The position numbers were made by a program, and so were the translations under genes. Under the pieces are notes generated by a model, which had not been told where the DNA came from, did not search any database, and was given only the letters and a program-made list of their open reading frames with translations. Below are positions 14,555-28,689 of a DNA stretch of 64,000 nt, piece after piece. Source of the stretch: Octopus sinensis (lineage: Eukaryota); the NCBI RefSeq assembly GCF_006345805.1, contig NC_043017.1, positions 3,720,001-3,784,000 on the forward strand, given 5' to 3'. Position 1 is the stretch's first letter. Each line of letters opens with the position of its first letter.

Positions 14555-14957
14555 GTATATATATATAATATATATATATATGTATATGTGTGTGTGTATG
14601 TTGTGTGTGTGTGTGTGGTGTGTGTGTGTGTGTGTGTGTACAGACATATATAATATGCATGTGCACTCTAGTTTCGGTGAGTGGATTTAATAGACGGAAA
14701 CTGAAAGGCAGTCGTATATATGTAGATAAATATTTATGTGTGTGTATTTTGTGTATGTGTGTCTCCCCCCCCCCAGCCATCACATGACAACTGATGTTGG
14801 TGTGTTTATATCCCTTTAATTGGGCGGCTCTGCATAAACCGATGGAATAAGCAGTAGTGTTACAAGTAAGAAGTTCCTGGGTTCGATTTGTTCGACTGAA
14901 ACCGTTGAAGGCGGGGGTCTAGCATGACTGCAGTGAAACGTGTAAAAGAATAAAAGA

Positions 14958-15006
<49 letters not shown>

Positions 15007-15091
15007 TGTGTGTGTGTGCGTGTGTGTGTGTGTACATATATATACATATATATGTATATATATATCATTAATAATAATAATGATAATAATA

Positions 15092-15163
<72 letters not shown>

Positions 15164-18024
15164 GATATGTCGATTCTTAATGAAATCAGTAGACAATAAA
15201 CGCTACTGAGCAACAAAAAGAAAACAAAAATACATCACAGAAAAAGATTTACCTGAGATAAAAGATAAGCTGAAGCAAGATATCCTTGCCAAAGCACAAA
15301 GGATCCGCCGGTACGAGAAACGCCAGCGCTTCTTTGACCAAAACAAAAAGTTCAACTCCAACCCCAAAAAGTTCTACCAAGAACTTGGCAAAAATAAAAT
15401 AGAAATCACTGTAGCACCAACGACAGAAGAAGTGGAAGAATTCTGGAGAGAAATATGGTCGGCGACCGAACAACCAAAAAAAAGAAGTATCAAAAGAACA
15501 AACTCAGCATCTGAGCAACTTTGGACTCCCATAACAACTGATAAGGTCACCCAGGCACTGAAAAGTCTAAGCAACTGGAAGGCACCTGGGCATGACAAGA
15601 TCCCCAACTTCTGGATGAAATATCTAACAGGAATGCACAAAAAGCTGGCTGAAAATTTTAACAACATACTAGCAGAGCCAGAGACAATGCCTGAATGGCT
15701 CACGAAGGGGAAAACCATCTTAATTCCCAAATCAAATGAGACAGCAAAACCAGAAAACTACAGACCAATAACCTGTCTCCCTACGATGTACAAGGCATTT
15801 ACTGCAGTGATTTCGCAAAGGTTGAACAAGCACCTAGACGAAAACAACCTGTTTCCAGAAGAGCAGAAAGGATGCCGCAAAGGTTCATACGGCTGTAAAG
15901 ATCAACTAATGATCAATAAAGCCATAACTGAAGACAGCCACAGAAAGAAGAAAGGCCTCAGTATGGCCTGGATCGACTACAAAAAGGCGTTTGATAGCAT
16001 CCCCCACACATGGATCCTCGAAACACTAGCCATTAACAAAGTAGCACCAACAATTATAAAATTCTTTGGGCACTCTATGAATAAATGGCAAACAGTGCTA
16101 CAGCTCCAAACAAAAGAGGGACTCATGAAAACCAAAGCCATCCCCATTAGAAGAGGAATATTCCAGGAAGACACGCTCTCTCCACTCCTTTTCTGCTTGG
16201 CAATGTCACCTCTATCTGATATGCTAATAGAACTAGATGCGGATATAAATGTTACGGCAAAACGATCAGCCACTTTTATATATGGATGACCTAAAACTAT
16301 ACGCTGCAAATGACAAACAGCTGGAAACACTATAAAGACAGTTCATGGATTTACCAAAGAAATAGATATGAAATTTGGATTAGAAAAATGCGCCAAAGTA
16401 ACCATGAAATGAGGAAAACTAGTTAAGAGTAGCAACATCACACTAGATAAAACCAATGAAATAAAAGAATTAGACCAAAGCCAAACTTACAAATACTTAG
16501 AAATCCATGAACTAGATAAGACACAACACACAAATGAAAGAGAAAATAAAAAAAGAATATTATAGACGAGTCAGATCAATACTAAAAATAGAGCTCAATG
16601 TTAAAAACAAGATAATAGGTATTAACACTTTAGCTGACCCAGTTATAAGTTACAGCTACAATATCCTTAACTGGACACTAAATGAACAGACCAAAATAGA
16701 TAGGAAAACAAGAAAAATAATGACAGGGTCTAGGATGCATCACCCAAAATCTGACATAGAAAGACTATATATACAACGTATAGAAGGTGGTAGAGGCCTT
16801 ATACAGCTGGAAAACTACTATAAAATAACCACCATAGGACTGCAAAAATATCTACTTCAGAAGGAAGGAAAACTGATACAAATAGCGGCAAAACACGAGG
16901 AAAACAAAAAACTGTTTTCAGTATTTAAGGAAGCTGACAATACAAACAAGAAATCATACCGCCTAACAGATATAAAAGAAGAAGAAGAAGAAATAAGAAG
17001 AAGAGAAGAAGAAGAAGAAGAGACGAAGAAGAAGAAGAAGAAACGAAGAAGAAGAAGAAGAAGAAGAAGAAGAAGAAGAAGAAGAAGAAGAAGAGAAGAA
17101 GAAGAAACAACAAAGCCTATAAACAAATGAAATCCAAACTAAAACTATAACAGCAAAAACCATGATAAAACGATGGCAAGAAAAACCTCTTCACGGTAAA
17201 TACTGGACTAAACTAAATGCAAAAGAATAGACAAAGAAAAATCCAGCAATGTTTGAGAAGCTCAGACTCAAAGCAGAGACAGAGGGGTTTTTAATTGCAG
17301 CACAGACCAAAGCCTCCCCACCAGAAATTACCAAAAACATGTAATGAAAAGAAATATAACAGTAAACTGCAGAATATGTGGAGATGGACAAGAACCATAA
17401 ATCATATTATCTCTGGCTGCCGAGTTCTGGCTAAGAAGGAATATTTCACAGACATGACAGAGTTGGAAACCTACATACACTGGAAGCTATGCCAACATTA
17501 TGGAATAACAACAGAAAGAAGATGGTATAGGCACACCCAGAAAAGTCACAGAAAACGAGAAAGCAACCATACTCTGGGATATGCCGATACACACAGATAG
17601 AGAAATTAGGCCAACAGCCCAGATATAGTTGTCAGATATCATGAAGAAAAAATGCTTTCTAATTGATGTATCAATACCGGCAGATGACAACGTGTCTCTA
17701 AAAGAAATGGAGAAACTTTCAAAATACAAGGACCTGAATATGGAGGTAACCAGAATGTGGAATCTAAAAACAGAAACATTCCTATCATAGTAGGTGCATT
17801 AGGCATGATAAAAAATATTCAGACAAATACATAACAAAAACACCAGGACTTACAAACACATATAACATACAGAAAATTGCACTACTAGGCACTGCACACA
17901 TCCTACGCAGAACACTTTCCATACCATAACCATCAGAGCATCACAACAATCACAGCACATACCCAAGGCACACGAGCTGCGCTCGGTAGTGAGTGAAAGC
18001 ACGCTATAAAAAATAAAACTACTG
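15164..18024 (+). mobile_element. R4/Dong-clade non-LTR retrotransposon, 5'-truncated and frameshifted
   Basis: RT motifs NYRPITCL, EQKG, WIDYKKAFDS, GIFQED.LSP, YMDD; C-terminal CxxC...HIISGC knuckle and RHD / PDIV / IDVSIP / KY restriction-like endonuclease motifs; (TAA)n on both flanks. Confidence 0.92.
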
Positions 18025-20571
18025 AATAATAATAATAATAATAATAATATAATAATATAATAATAATAGTAATATAATAATAATAATAATAATAATAATA
18101 TAATAATGATGATGATTAAAATAATGATAAAAGGTAAATTCATAAATGATTTTTACCAAGTGTCAGCTCAGAAATAAAACCTCGTAGATAAATTAATAAA
18201 AATATTTTATAATTATATACATAATTATAACAAGCCAAGCCCTTCTTATAATATATATATATATATACTCACTTATATGAACATTTTCTATTGATCAATC
18301 GTTCGATTGCACCATGAAAAACGCGCTTTCTTCATGTGATTAAAAAGTTGGGGACCTAACCTTCCGAGTTCTTCTACCGGGTTTGAAAATTATTGCTGGA
18401 TCTCTGCAATAAGTGTGAGGATCTGAGAAGGGAATATCTAGAATAATATCATAATTAACTGATCGTCCTGTATTTTCTTTTATCCAAAACAAGGAACTTT
18501 TCAGCGTCCCCTCGTATGTATATGTCCGTGGAATGGTTAAGAACAGATAAAGTTGCTCTTCCAAGTGCTACTGTCATTAACACTGCATGAAGGAAATATT
18601 AAACTAACTTTTTCAAAATTTGAAATAAATTACTGGTGCAAATGGCTGGAGAAGATAACGTGTGTTCGGAGGCTCAAAATGTACTTTTACAAAAATAAAC
18701 TTTGGTCCAGCAATTGCTTATATAACTTACATTACTTATATAATTTACATTATTTACATTCATACTTATAATTAGTGGAGTTTGTAACTCTACTAATTAT
18801 TTGTAACTCTACTAAATATCTCCAGCACAATCGTGAGATGCCAGGACTCACAACTGAAACAAAGAGACACTTAACGCACATACAGTCTGCAAGTAGAAGA
18901 AAAAAATTATGCAAAGTTTGCTTTGTCACAATTCTTGTTGCTTTTATCCAAACTTCCATGATCGGACTTTGTTTCGGTAGTAGAGAGCAGATCCTTCCTT
19001 CCTGCGAAAATATTAATAAATAGTTTGTTCTGATTTGAGGCAATTTGCCAAATATTTCTAATAAAGTGAGTGACAATATTGTTGATATATTTGTTCGAGT
19101 TTGAGTGGTCTTCTTACCGTGTGAAATGGGTGAGCTCTCACATAAGAAAACTCTCTTGAATACATTTTAAATCTCCTTCAATATAAAATTGCTTGCCCCT
19201 CCAAAGGGACTTCTGTTTCTCAGATGAGGCAGATTATATCAACTATAACGACTGTTCAAAAATGGTACTCTATGATAGTATAGAAACAAATATAACCGAA
19301 CCTTGGTCAACTCATAATTTGAAATTCCAATTTTGATCGTGCCGAAATATTGCTCAATTATGGCTCCCATTATTCTTAGTGACAGCCGAGCAAGCGCCAG
19401 AGAGAAAAAAAAAACCATTGCCGTTTAATTATTTAATCAGGAAGATTGTTCTGACCGAGAAACAGTAACCGATGCCAAAGTTCAAGATTAAATATTTTCA
19501 TTCGCTTTTTTACTCGTTCTGAATTTTAAAACTTTATGTCATGTTTTTTACGACGCAAAGATATTTCTTTCAGAATGAATTCGTTGTTTAATGTATCCAC
19601 TAGAGGGTGACGGTAAGCTACCTCATGGTGACAATCGTACTTCCTTGATCAGTTAAATATTTTTCTTCCTGCTATCTTTTATCTTTTACTTGTTTCAATC
19701 ATGTGCCATGCTGGTGCACCGCATTGAAAGTTTTCAGTTGAATAAATCGAATTCAAGCCTTAAAGGCGATGCTGCAGCATGGCCACAGTCAAATGACTGA
19801 AACAAGTAAAAGAGTAAAAGAGTATTCTTTTTTAAGCCTAGCACTTATTTTGGCGCCTTCTTTTGGTGAACAGCTAAGTTACTGGAACGTAAACATACCA
19901 ATACCGGTGGTCAAACGGTGGTGGGGGGACAAATACAGACACAAAGACACACACACACACATATAGTAAGAGGAGGAATATAATATCTAGGCAGAAACCG
20001 AATTTCTCTATGATAAATACCTTCAGACAGTTCGTTTGTTGGTAAACTTCCTTTAACTCCCATCCAGTGTTACAGCTTTTCCCTGGCTACTTAGAGTGTA
20101 AACTACAATATTGATAAGAAGAAGAATGAAGGATTCGAGCATTGAAACTTCAGGCTTGTCCGACACCTGTTTCGATCGCATTAACTACATGTTGTTTCAT
20201 ATTTATACGATTTATGCATTATTAGTACGATCTCTTCAGGGTATATAAGTATGACAATTTTCGAAGAAGTATTCTTCTGTTATTGGTTTGAACTAGGTTT
20301 GGTAGTAGTAGTAGTAGTAGTAGTAAACCCTGACATTCATCGATGAGCTGGTCTTCGCAACTGATTACCTGGGTAAAATTCGTCCGCCTTCTTTCAGTTT
20401 CGGCCTACCAAATCCTTTGATGAGGATTTGGTCGGGCGGAGGCTATTGTAGAAGATGCTTGCCCGAGGTGTCACGCGGTAGGACTGAAACGGTAACCATG
20501 TGATTGGGAAGCAAATTTCTTACCTCACCACCACGACTGCGCCTACATCTGGAAATTCATACTTTTATAAT

Positions 20572-20991
20572 AAACTAGCTATTTTGAGCCGTGCTTCGCT
20601 CGGGTTTTGGTGGTGGTGGTCGTGGTGGTGTTTTGTGCGGGTTGTCCCCTTTTTTCTTTTGGTCGTCTTCTTTGCCTGGTTCTTTTTATTGCCCTCTTCG
20701 TTTTCTTTTTCTTATTTTATAATTTTTTCTCCGTCTTTATCTTCTTTTTCTTCTTTCGCTTCTTCCACTCTTTCTTTCTCCTTTTCCTATATTCCTCACC
20801 ATGGCAACCAAACGGTAGCCCCGAGCGACTTGCAACCCTCGTCACACCATTGCCCACCCCCATTTTACCCCCCAGTGTAAATTTTGGCGCCAATCCGACC
20901 CCATCTACCTTAAACCGTTCCCATCCCCAAATGAGACAAATAACCAAGAAATCAAACAACTTTTTCGCATTTCAGCTTTATAGATATTGAT
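20572..20991 (+). mobile_element. Helentron/DINE-like non-autonomous element (second copy ~24569-24985)
   Basis: Begins AACTAGC...GAGCCGTGCTTCGCTCGGG (hairpin-like) and ends CAGCTTTATAGATATTGATT, as in HINE/DINE-1-type elements. Confidence 0.55.
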
Positions 20992-21150
20992 TAGAACAGC
21001 GGTCATTAATTAACATCATGAAATTAAAAGACACGTAATTGGGTGGCGGTTGGCTGACACGAGTTCATCTATCCTATGATGGTTCTTGTTTTTATTTTAA
21101 GGGTAGCTCAAAAAAAGCTACAGGGGGAAGCTTCGTCTGAATGATTGCAA

Positions 21151-21985
21151 TATAGTGTTGCTTACAATGCCAAAATTTGGCACAATTCCTTCCAAGATCT
21201 TCCAGACACATATTACTGCATACCTCTCCCGTCTTCTCTCCAGGGAGTAGAGTCTTAGCTGTTTCAACCTTTCCCAGTAGCTGAGCTGTTGCAAAGAGAC
21301 GATCTTCTTTGTGAATCTTCTCTGGATTGCTTCAAGGTCCGCTGTTAATTTTACACTGGTGGGTGACCATAGCTGTGAGCAGTAATCCAGGCGACTGAGG
21401 ACGAATGTCCGCCAGAGGACCATCATAGTTTCCTTACCTCTGGTTCTGAATGTTCTTAGGATCCACCCAGCCAGTCGTCTGCACTTTGTCGCCATCCTGG
21501 TAATGTGCACTTGGAAAGAGGTATCATCACTCATGTCGATACCCAGGTCCCTCACAGACTTAGGCTCTGGGATTGAAATTCCCTGTGGACCGGTGTATCC
21601 TGTAAGTTTAATATTCAGTTTTGGATGCTGGTAGTGCAGCATTAAACTGCATATTATTATTTCAGCATTAAACTGCATAGTATTATCCTCAGCCCATCTG
21701 TAGATTGAGTCCAACTCCTGCTGCAGGTGTGCAACTTTGCTGGGGTTCTGTATTTTCAGCGAGACTTTCGTATCGTATGCATAGCTGGCCAGAGTGGCTA
21801 TCCGGGCATTTGAGGGCATATCTAAGAGGGTCACTATAAAAAGCAGTGGTCCCAAGACAGTGCCCTGTGGAACACCGCTCACTATTTGTGTGTTCATAGA
21901 GGTGGCTCCATTAACCACTACTGCCTTACTCCTATCTTTCAGGAAGTCATGCAACCACACTCCAGGTTTTCCAGCTATGCCGAGG
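21151..21985 (-). mobile_element. CR1/L2-group LINE reverse transcriptase fragment
   Basis: SGVPQGTVLGPLLF, YAYDTK (degenerate YADDTK), RDLGI, RLDYCSQLWSP, LSYWERLKQLRLYSLERRR. Confidence 0.9.
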
Positions 21986-22021
21986 TCACGATCGTGAGGT
22001 TGTGAGTTCGAATCCCAGTGT

Positions 22022-22059
<38 letters not shown>

Positions 22060-25058
22060 ATATATATACATATATATGTATATATATATATATCATAATA
22101 ATAATAATAATAATAATAATATAATAATAATATAATAATAATGATGATTAAAATAATGATAAAGGGTAAATTCATAAATGATTTTTACCAAGTGTCAGCT
22201 CAGAAATAAAACCTCGTAGTTACAACGAGCCAAGCCCTTCTTATAATATATATATATATATACTCACTTATATGAACATTTTCTATTGATCAATCGTTCG
22301 ATTGCACCATGAAAAACGCGCTTTCTTCATGTGATTAAAAAGTTGGGGACCTAACCTTCCGAGTTCTTCTACCGGGTTTGAAAATTATTGATGGACCTCT
22401 GCAATAAGTGTGAGGATCTGAGAAGGGAATATCTAGAATAATATCATAATTAACTGATCGTCCTGTATTTTCTTTTATCCAAAACAAGGAACTTTTCAGC
22501 GTCCCCTCGTATGTATATGTACGTGGAATGGTTAAGAACAGATAAAGTTGCTCTTCCAAGTGCTACTGTCATTAACACTGCATGAAGGAAATATTAAACT
22601 AACTTTTTCAAAATTTGAAATAAATTACTGGTGCAAATGGCTGGAGAAGATAACGTGTGTTCGGAGGCTCAAAATGTACTTTTACAAAAATAAACTTTGG
22701 TCCAGCAAATACTTATATAACTTACATTACTTATATAATTTACATTATTTACATTCATACTTATAATTAGTGGAGTTTGTAACTCTACTAATTATTTGTA
22801 ACTCTACTAAATATCTCCAGCACAATCGTGAGATGCCAGGACTCACAACTGAAACAAAGAGACACTTAACGCAATACAGTCTGCAAGTAGAAGAAAAAAA
22901 ATTATGCAAAGTTTGCTTTGTCACAATTCTTGTTGCTTTTATCCAAACTTCCATGATCGGACTTTGTTTCGGTAGTAGAGAGCAGATCCTTCCTTCCTGC
23001 GAAAATATTAATAAATAGTTTGTTCTGATTTGAGGCAAATTTGCCAAATATTTCTAATAAAGTGAGTGACAATATTGTTGATATATTTGTTCGAGTTTGA
23101 GTGGTCTTCTTACCGTGTGAAATGGGTGAGCTCTCACATAAGAAAACTCTCTTGAATACATTTTAAATCTCCTTCAATATAAAATTGCTTGCCCCTCCAA
23201 AGGGACTTCTGTTTCTCAGATGAGGCAGATTATATCAACTATAACGACTGTTCAAAAATGGTACTCTATGATAGTATAGAAACAAATATAACCGAACCTT
23301 GGTCAACTCATAATTTGAAATTCCAATTTTGATCGTGCCGAAATAATTGCTCAATTATGGCTCCCATTTATTCTTAGTGACAGCCGAGCAAGCGCCAGAG
23401 AAAAAAAAAACCATTGCCGTTTAATTATTTAATCAGGAAGATTTGTTCTGACCGAGAAACAGTAACCGATGCCAAAGTTCAAGATTAAATATTTTCATTC
23501 GCTTTTTTACTCGTTCTGAATTTTAAAACTTTATGTCATGTTTTTTACGACGCAAAAGATATTTCTTTCAGAATGAATTCGTTGTTTAATGTATCCACTA
23601 GAGGGTGACGGTAAGCTACCTCATGGTGACAATCGTACTTCCTTGATCAGTTAAATATTTTTTCTTCCTGCTATCTTTTATCTTTTACTTGTTTCAATCA
23701 TGTGCCATGCTGGTGCACCGCATTGAAAGTTTTCAGTTGAATAAATCGAATTCAAGCCTTAAAGGCGATGCTGCAGCATGGCCACAGTCAATTGACTGAA
23801 ACAAGTAAAAGAGTAAAAGAGTATTCTTTTTTAAGCCTAGCACTTATTTTGGCGCCTTCTTTTGGTGAACAGCTAAGTTACTGGAACGTAAACATACCAA
23901 TACCGGTGGTCAAACGGTGGTGGGGGGACAAATACAGACACAAAGACACACACACACATATAGTAAGAGGAGGAATATAATATCTAGGCAGAAACCGAAT
24001 TTCTCTATGATAAATACCTTCAGACAGTTCGTTTGTTGGTAAGCTTCCTTTAACTCCCATCCAGTGTTACAGCTTTTCCCTGGCTACTTAGAGTGTAAAC
24101 TACAATATTGATAAGAAGAAGAATGAAGGATTCGAGCATTGAAACTTCAGGCTTGTCCGACACCTGTTTCGATCGCATTAACTACATGTTGTTTCATATT
24201 TATACGATTTATGCATTATTAGTACGATCTCTTCAGGGTATATAAGTATGACAATTTTCGAAGAAGTATTCTTCTGTTATTGGTTTGAACTAGGTTTGGT
24301 AGTAGTAGTAGTAGTAGTAGTAAACCCTGACATTCATCGATGAGCTGGTCTTCGCAACTGATTACCTGGGTAAAATTCGTCCGCCTTCTTTCAGTTTCGG
24401 CCTACCAAATCCTTTGATGAGGATTTGGTCGGGCGGAGGCTATTGTAGAAGATGCTTGCCCGAGGTGTCACGCGGTAGGACTGAAACGGTAACCATGTGA
24501 TTGGGAAGCAAATTTCTTACCTCACCACCACGACTGCGCCTACATCTGGAAATTCATACTTTTATAATAAACTAGCTATTTTGAGCCGTGCTTCGCTCGG
24601 GTTTTGGTGGTGGTGGTCGTGGTGTTTTGTGTGGGTTGTCTCCTTTTTTCTTTTGGTCGTCTTCTTTGCCTGGTTCTTTTTATTGCCCTCTTCGTTTTCT
24701 TTTTCTTATTTTATAATTTTTCTCCGTCTTTATCTTCGTTTTCTTCTTTCGCTTCTTCCACTCTTTCTTTTCTCCTTTTCCCATATTCCTCACCATGGCA
24801 ACCAAACGGTAGCCCCGAGCAACTTCAACCCTCCTCACACCATTACCCACCCCCATTTTACCCCCCAGTGTAAACTTTGGCGCCAATCCGACCCCATCTA
24901 CATTAAACCGTTCCCATCCCCAAATGAGACAAATAACCAAGAAATCAAATAACTTTTTCGCATTTCAGCTTTATAGATATTGATTAGAACAGCGGTCACT
25001 AATTAACCTCATGAAATTAAAAGACACGTAATTGGGTGGCGGTTGGCTGACACGAGTT

Positions 25059-26011
25059 CATCTACCCTATGACGGTTCTTGTTTTTATTTTAAGGGTAGC
25101 TCAAAAAAGGCTACAGGGGGGAAGCTTCGTCTGAATGATTGCAATATAGTGTAGCTTACAATGCCAAAATTTGGCACAATTCCTTCCAGGATCTTCCAGA
25201 CACATATTACTGCATACCTCTCCCGTCTTCTCTCCAGGGAGTAGAGTCTTAGCTGTTTCAACCTTTCCCAGTAGCTGAGCTGTTGCAAAGAGACGATCTT
25301 CTTTGTGAATCTTCTCTGGATTGCTTCAAAGTCCGCTGTTAATTTTACATCTACCCTATGACGGTTCTTGTTTCTATTTTAAGGGTAATTCAAAAAAAGC
25401 TACAGGGGGGAAGCTTCGTCTGAATGATTGCAATATAGTGTTGCTTACAATGCCAAAATTTGGCACAATTCCTTCCATGATCTTCCAGACACATATTACT
25501 GCATACCTCTCCCGTCTTCTCTCCAGGGAGTAGAGTCTTAGCTGTTTCAAACTTTCCCAGTAGCTGAGCTGTTGCAAAGAGACGATCTTCTTTGTGAATC
25601 TTCTCTGGATTGCTTCAAGGTCCGCTGTTAATTTTACATCTACCCTATGCCGTTTCTTGTTTTTATTTTAAGGGTAGCTCAAAAAAGGCTACAGGGGGGA
25701 AGCTTCGTCTGAATGATTGCAATATAGTGTAGCTTACAATGCCAAAATTTGGCACAATTCCTTCCAGGATCTTCCAGACACATATTACTGCATACCTCTC
25801 CCGTCTTCTCTCCAGGGAGTAGAGTCTTAGCTGTTTCAACCTTTCCCAGTAGCTGAGCTGTTGCAAAGAGACGATCTTCTTTGTGAATCTTCTCTGGATT
25901 GCTTCAAGGTCCGCTGTTAATTTTACATCTATCCTATGACGGTTCTTGTTTTTATTTTAAGGGTAGCTCAAAAAAAGCTACAGGGGGGAAGCTTCGTCTG
26001 AATGATTGCAA
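25059..26011. repeat. 289-bp tandem repeat (~3.3 copies) containing a CR1-like LINE piece
   Basis: Units start at 25059, 25348, 25637 and 25926; three near-identical 67-aa ORFs in the track. Confidence 0.92.
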
Positions 26012-26915
26012 CACTGTGTACTCTACTTGGGACCCCCAAGAGACTAAACGATGGCGTTAAACTAGGCCGCAAATTGGATCCACCGCTCAAGAATATGTAC
26101 GTTTTGTCTCTTGAAACTTCATCTCATTCTTGAGAATTTCAAAATTTGGCTGTACCTGTGAAAGCTATAAAGAAATAAATATATTATGGTGGAAACTGCT
26201 CTAAATTAACCGCCACCCAATTACGTGTCTTTTAATTTCATGATGTTAATTAATGACCGCTGTTCTAATCAATATCTATAAAGCTGAAATGCGAAAAAGT
26301 TGTTTGATTTCTTGGTTATTTGTCTCATTTGGGGATGGGAACGGTTTAAGGGGCGGTAGATGGGGTCGGATTGGCGCCAAATGAAAACAATGCCTTTTCA
26401 TTTGGGATTCATGAACTACTAGGAAGAAAACTACTTCAGTTAATCGAGTGATTAAATCAAGTATCATGTTTATTACTAATCGGAGTTAAATGTCCTCAGA
26501 GCTTCGTTACACAATGAAGATCAGAAAAGAAGATTATAAAAAGCGTTTTGCGCCTCAGCGCTGGGTGGCAAACAGCCAATGAAGATAAAATGTTTAATCT
26601 TTAATTCGATCGTCAATACTTCTTTTTCGTACAAAAGAATATACACTTCAGGTCAATAATTATATCTACCCATTTTGCCTAGCACTGGCTACTTAAAATA
26701 AAGCTATGTATAAAATAAGAAAGCGTGCATTGGAAATGTAGTCCTACATATATTAACTAAAACCTGAAAAACAAAAGATGATTACGGTTAGATGATCATC
26801 GATCACAGGTTTGTTCTCGAAGCACTCACAAATGCTTCAAAGATACGCTACTGCTACGAAGCAGTAGATATCTGCCTTGCTTACCAAATTGAATCACATA
26901 ACAAGTTCAATATCG

Positions 26916-26954
<39 letters not shown>

Positions 26955-27183
26955 TAATAATAAAATATTAGGGAATAAATCCAAACTTACAGGGAAAAAT
27001 CAGATTTAGGATTAAATCCAATTTTATAGTAAAATATATTATATTATATTATATTAATTAGAGATAAAACCACTATTAGGCAAATCAAACAATGAAAAAC
27101 ATAAGCCAATACATAAAATTAATTAATTTATATTATTTTAAATATATATCAAAAGTATTAAAAGTTTAATAGAAACAAAATCC

Positions 27184-27224
<41 letters not shown>

Positions 27225-27533
27225 TACACTTTTCGCCGTTTTGAAACCAGTGCATGTGCTTCAACGGTATTCTTATAAGACTAATATAAGGAGTTGAGTT
27301 TAATCCTAGCGGTAAGAGTTACTGGTGAGGATCAAAATCCGAAATCGTCAATTTGGCTATATCCGCTAGGGGCTTACCTCCCCTTTATCAATAATTAAGA
27401 TAGCGCTTTGTGGCTTTTGAGTTGATTTGATTCTTATTTCTAGCAATTCTGGTACTAATCGCTGCTTTAGTGAGCTCTATTAATTTGCTTTAAGGTGGCT
27501 TAATAGCTAATAAATTAGCCATTTTATTTATTT

Positions 27534-27599
<66 letters not shown>

Positions 27600-28134
27600 C
27601 ATACATACATACATACATACATACATACATACATACATACATACATACAAACAAACATGTATACACATATATGTTGTATATCGAACCCAAACTTGTATTC
27701 AACATTGTTTGTCCGCATAATTGCCTCCATCTCAATCTGGGTATGTGAACATTTATGAAAGCATGTTCGCGTATTTGTGGAGTGCTCAACCACCTATGCA
27801 TTAATTTCACGGGCAGCCTGTTCCATGGATCGGATCAAGTGGAACATTTGTCGCCGCCATCAACAAAGTGCCAATTACTTAGCTAATTACTTCGTACATC
27901 AGTGAATGTGTGCGTGTGTTTCTTTGTACGTGTAATCTTGTCTGTATTTTTATAAAAATAAGCAATAATAAAAATGGGATTATTGCATACAGAGCCCAAG
28001 TGTATTAGAACTCATCAGAAAAGGATAAAATAAGGGAACAAGAAGCAGGTATAACTTAAATAAAGAAAGGCAGCAAGTTAAGCTAGGAATACATGCGTGG
28101 TGTTCAGAATAAACCCCTAAAAGAGCAAAAAGTC

Positions 28135-28294
28135 AGCAGGAGTGGCTGTGTGGTAAGTAGCTTGCATACCAACCACATGGTTCTGGGTTCAGTCCCACTG
28201 CGTGGAACTTTGGGCAAGTGTCTTCTGCTATAGCCTCGGCCCGACCAAAGCCTTGTGAGTGGATTTGGTAGACGGAAACTGACAGAAGCCCGTC

Positions 28295-28340
<46 letters not shown>

Positions 28341-28540
28341 ATATGTTTGTGAGTCTATGTTCGACAACCGATGCTGGTGTGTTTACGTCCTCGTAACTTA
28401 GCGGTTCAGCAAGAGAGACCGATAGAATAAGTACTAGGCTTACGAAGAGTAAGTCCTGGGGTCAATTTGCTCGACTAAAGGCGGTGCTTCAGCATGGCCA
28501 CAGTCAAATGACAGAAACAAATGAAAGAAATAAAAGAAAT
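28135..28540 (+). mobile_element. SINE family B (tRNA head, CORE-like segment, internal microsatellite, GTAAAAGA-type tail)
   Basis: GCAGGAGTGGCTGTGTGGTAAG...GGTTCAGTCCC...TTGGGCAAGTGTCTT...CAGCATGGCCACAGTCAAATGAC. Confidence 0.88.
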
Positions 28541-28689
28541 GAACAAAAGGGTCGTCTTGATGATAGGGTTCCTGAGCCCATAAAAAGTAGTGTTGGGCAA
28601 ATTTTGGATGCCTGGACATACCTCCGGAATGCTGATTGCGATAGAGTTTCTTTTCTGCGCAAGGTTGGGTACACGCGCTTGTGTCTAGG

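Larger units (their letters stand above)
14970..25348. repeat. Tandem segmental duplication (copy 1 ~14970-21350 including the Dong LINE; copy 2 ~22018-25348 without it)
   Basis: Near-identical sequence at ~3995-bp offset (e.g. ORFs at 18340/22335 and 18553/22548). Confidence 0.92.

Noticed and set aside
12162-15216. Many ORFs rich in YI/HT/VC (also 28.4-29.2 kb, 51-52.9 kb, 57.9-58.5 kb)
   Set aside because: They are translations of (TA)n, (CA)n and (TAA)n microsatellites.
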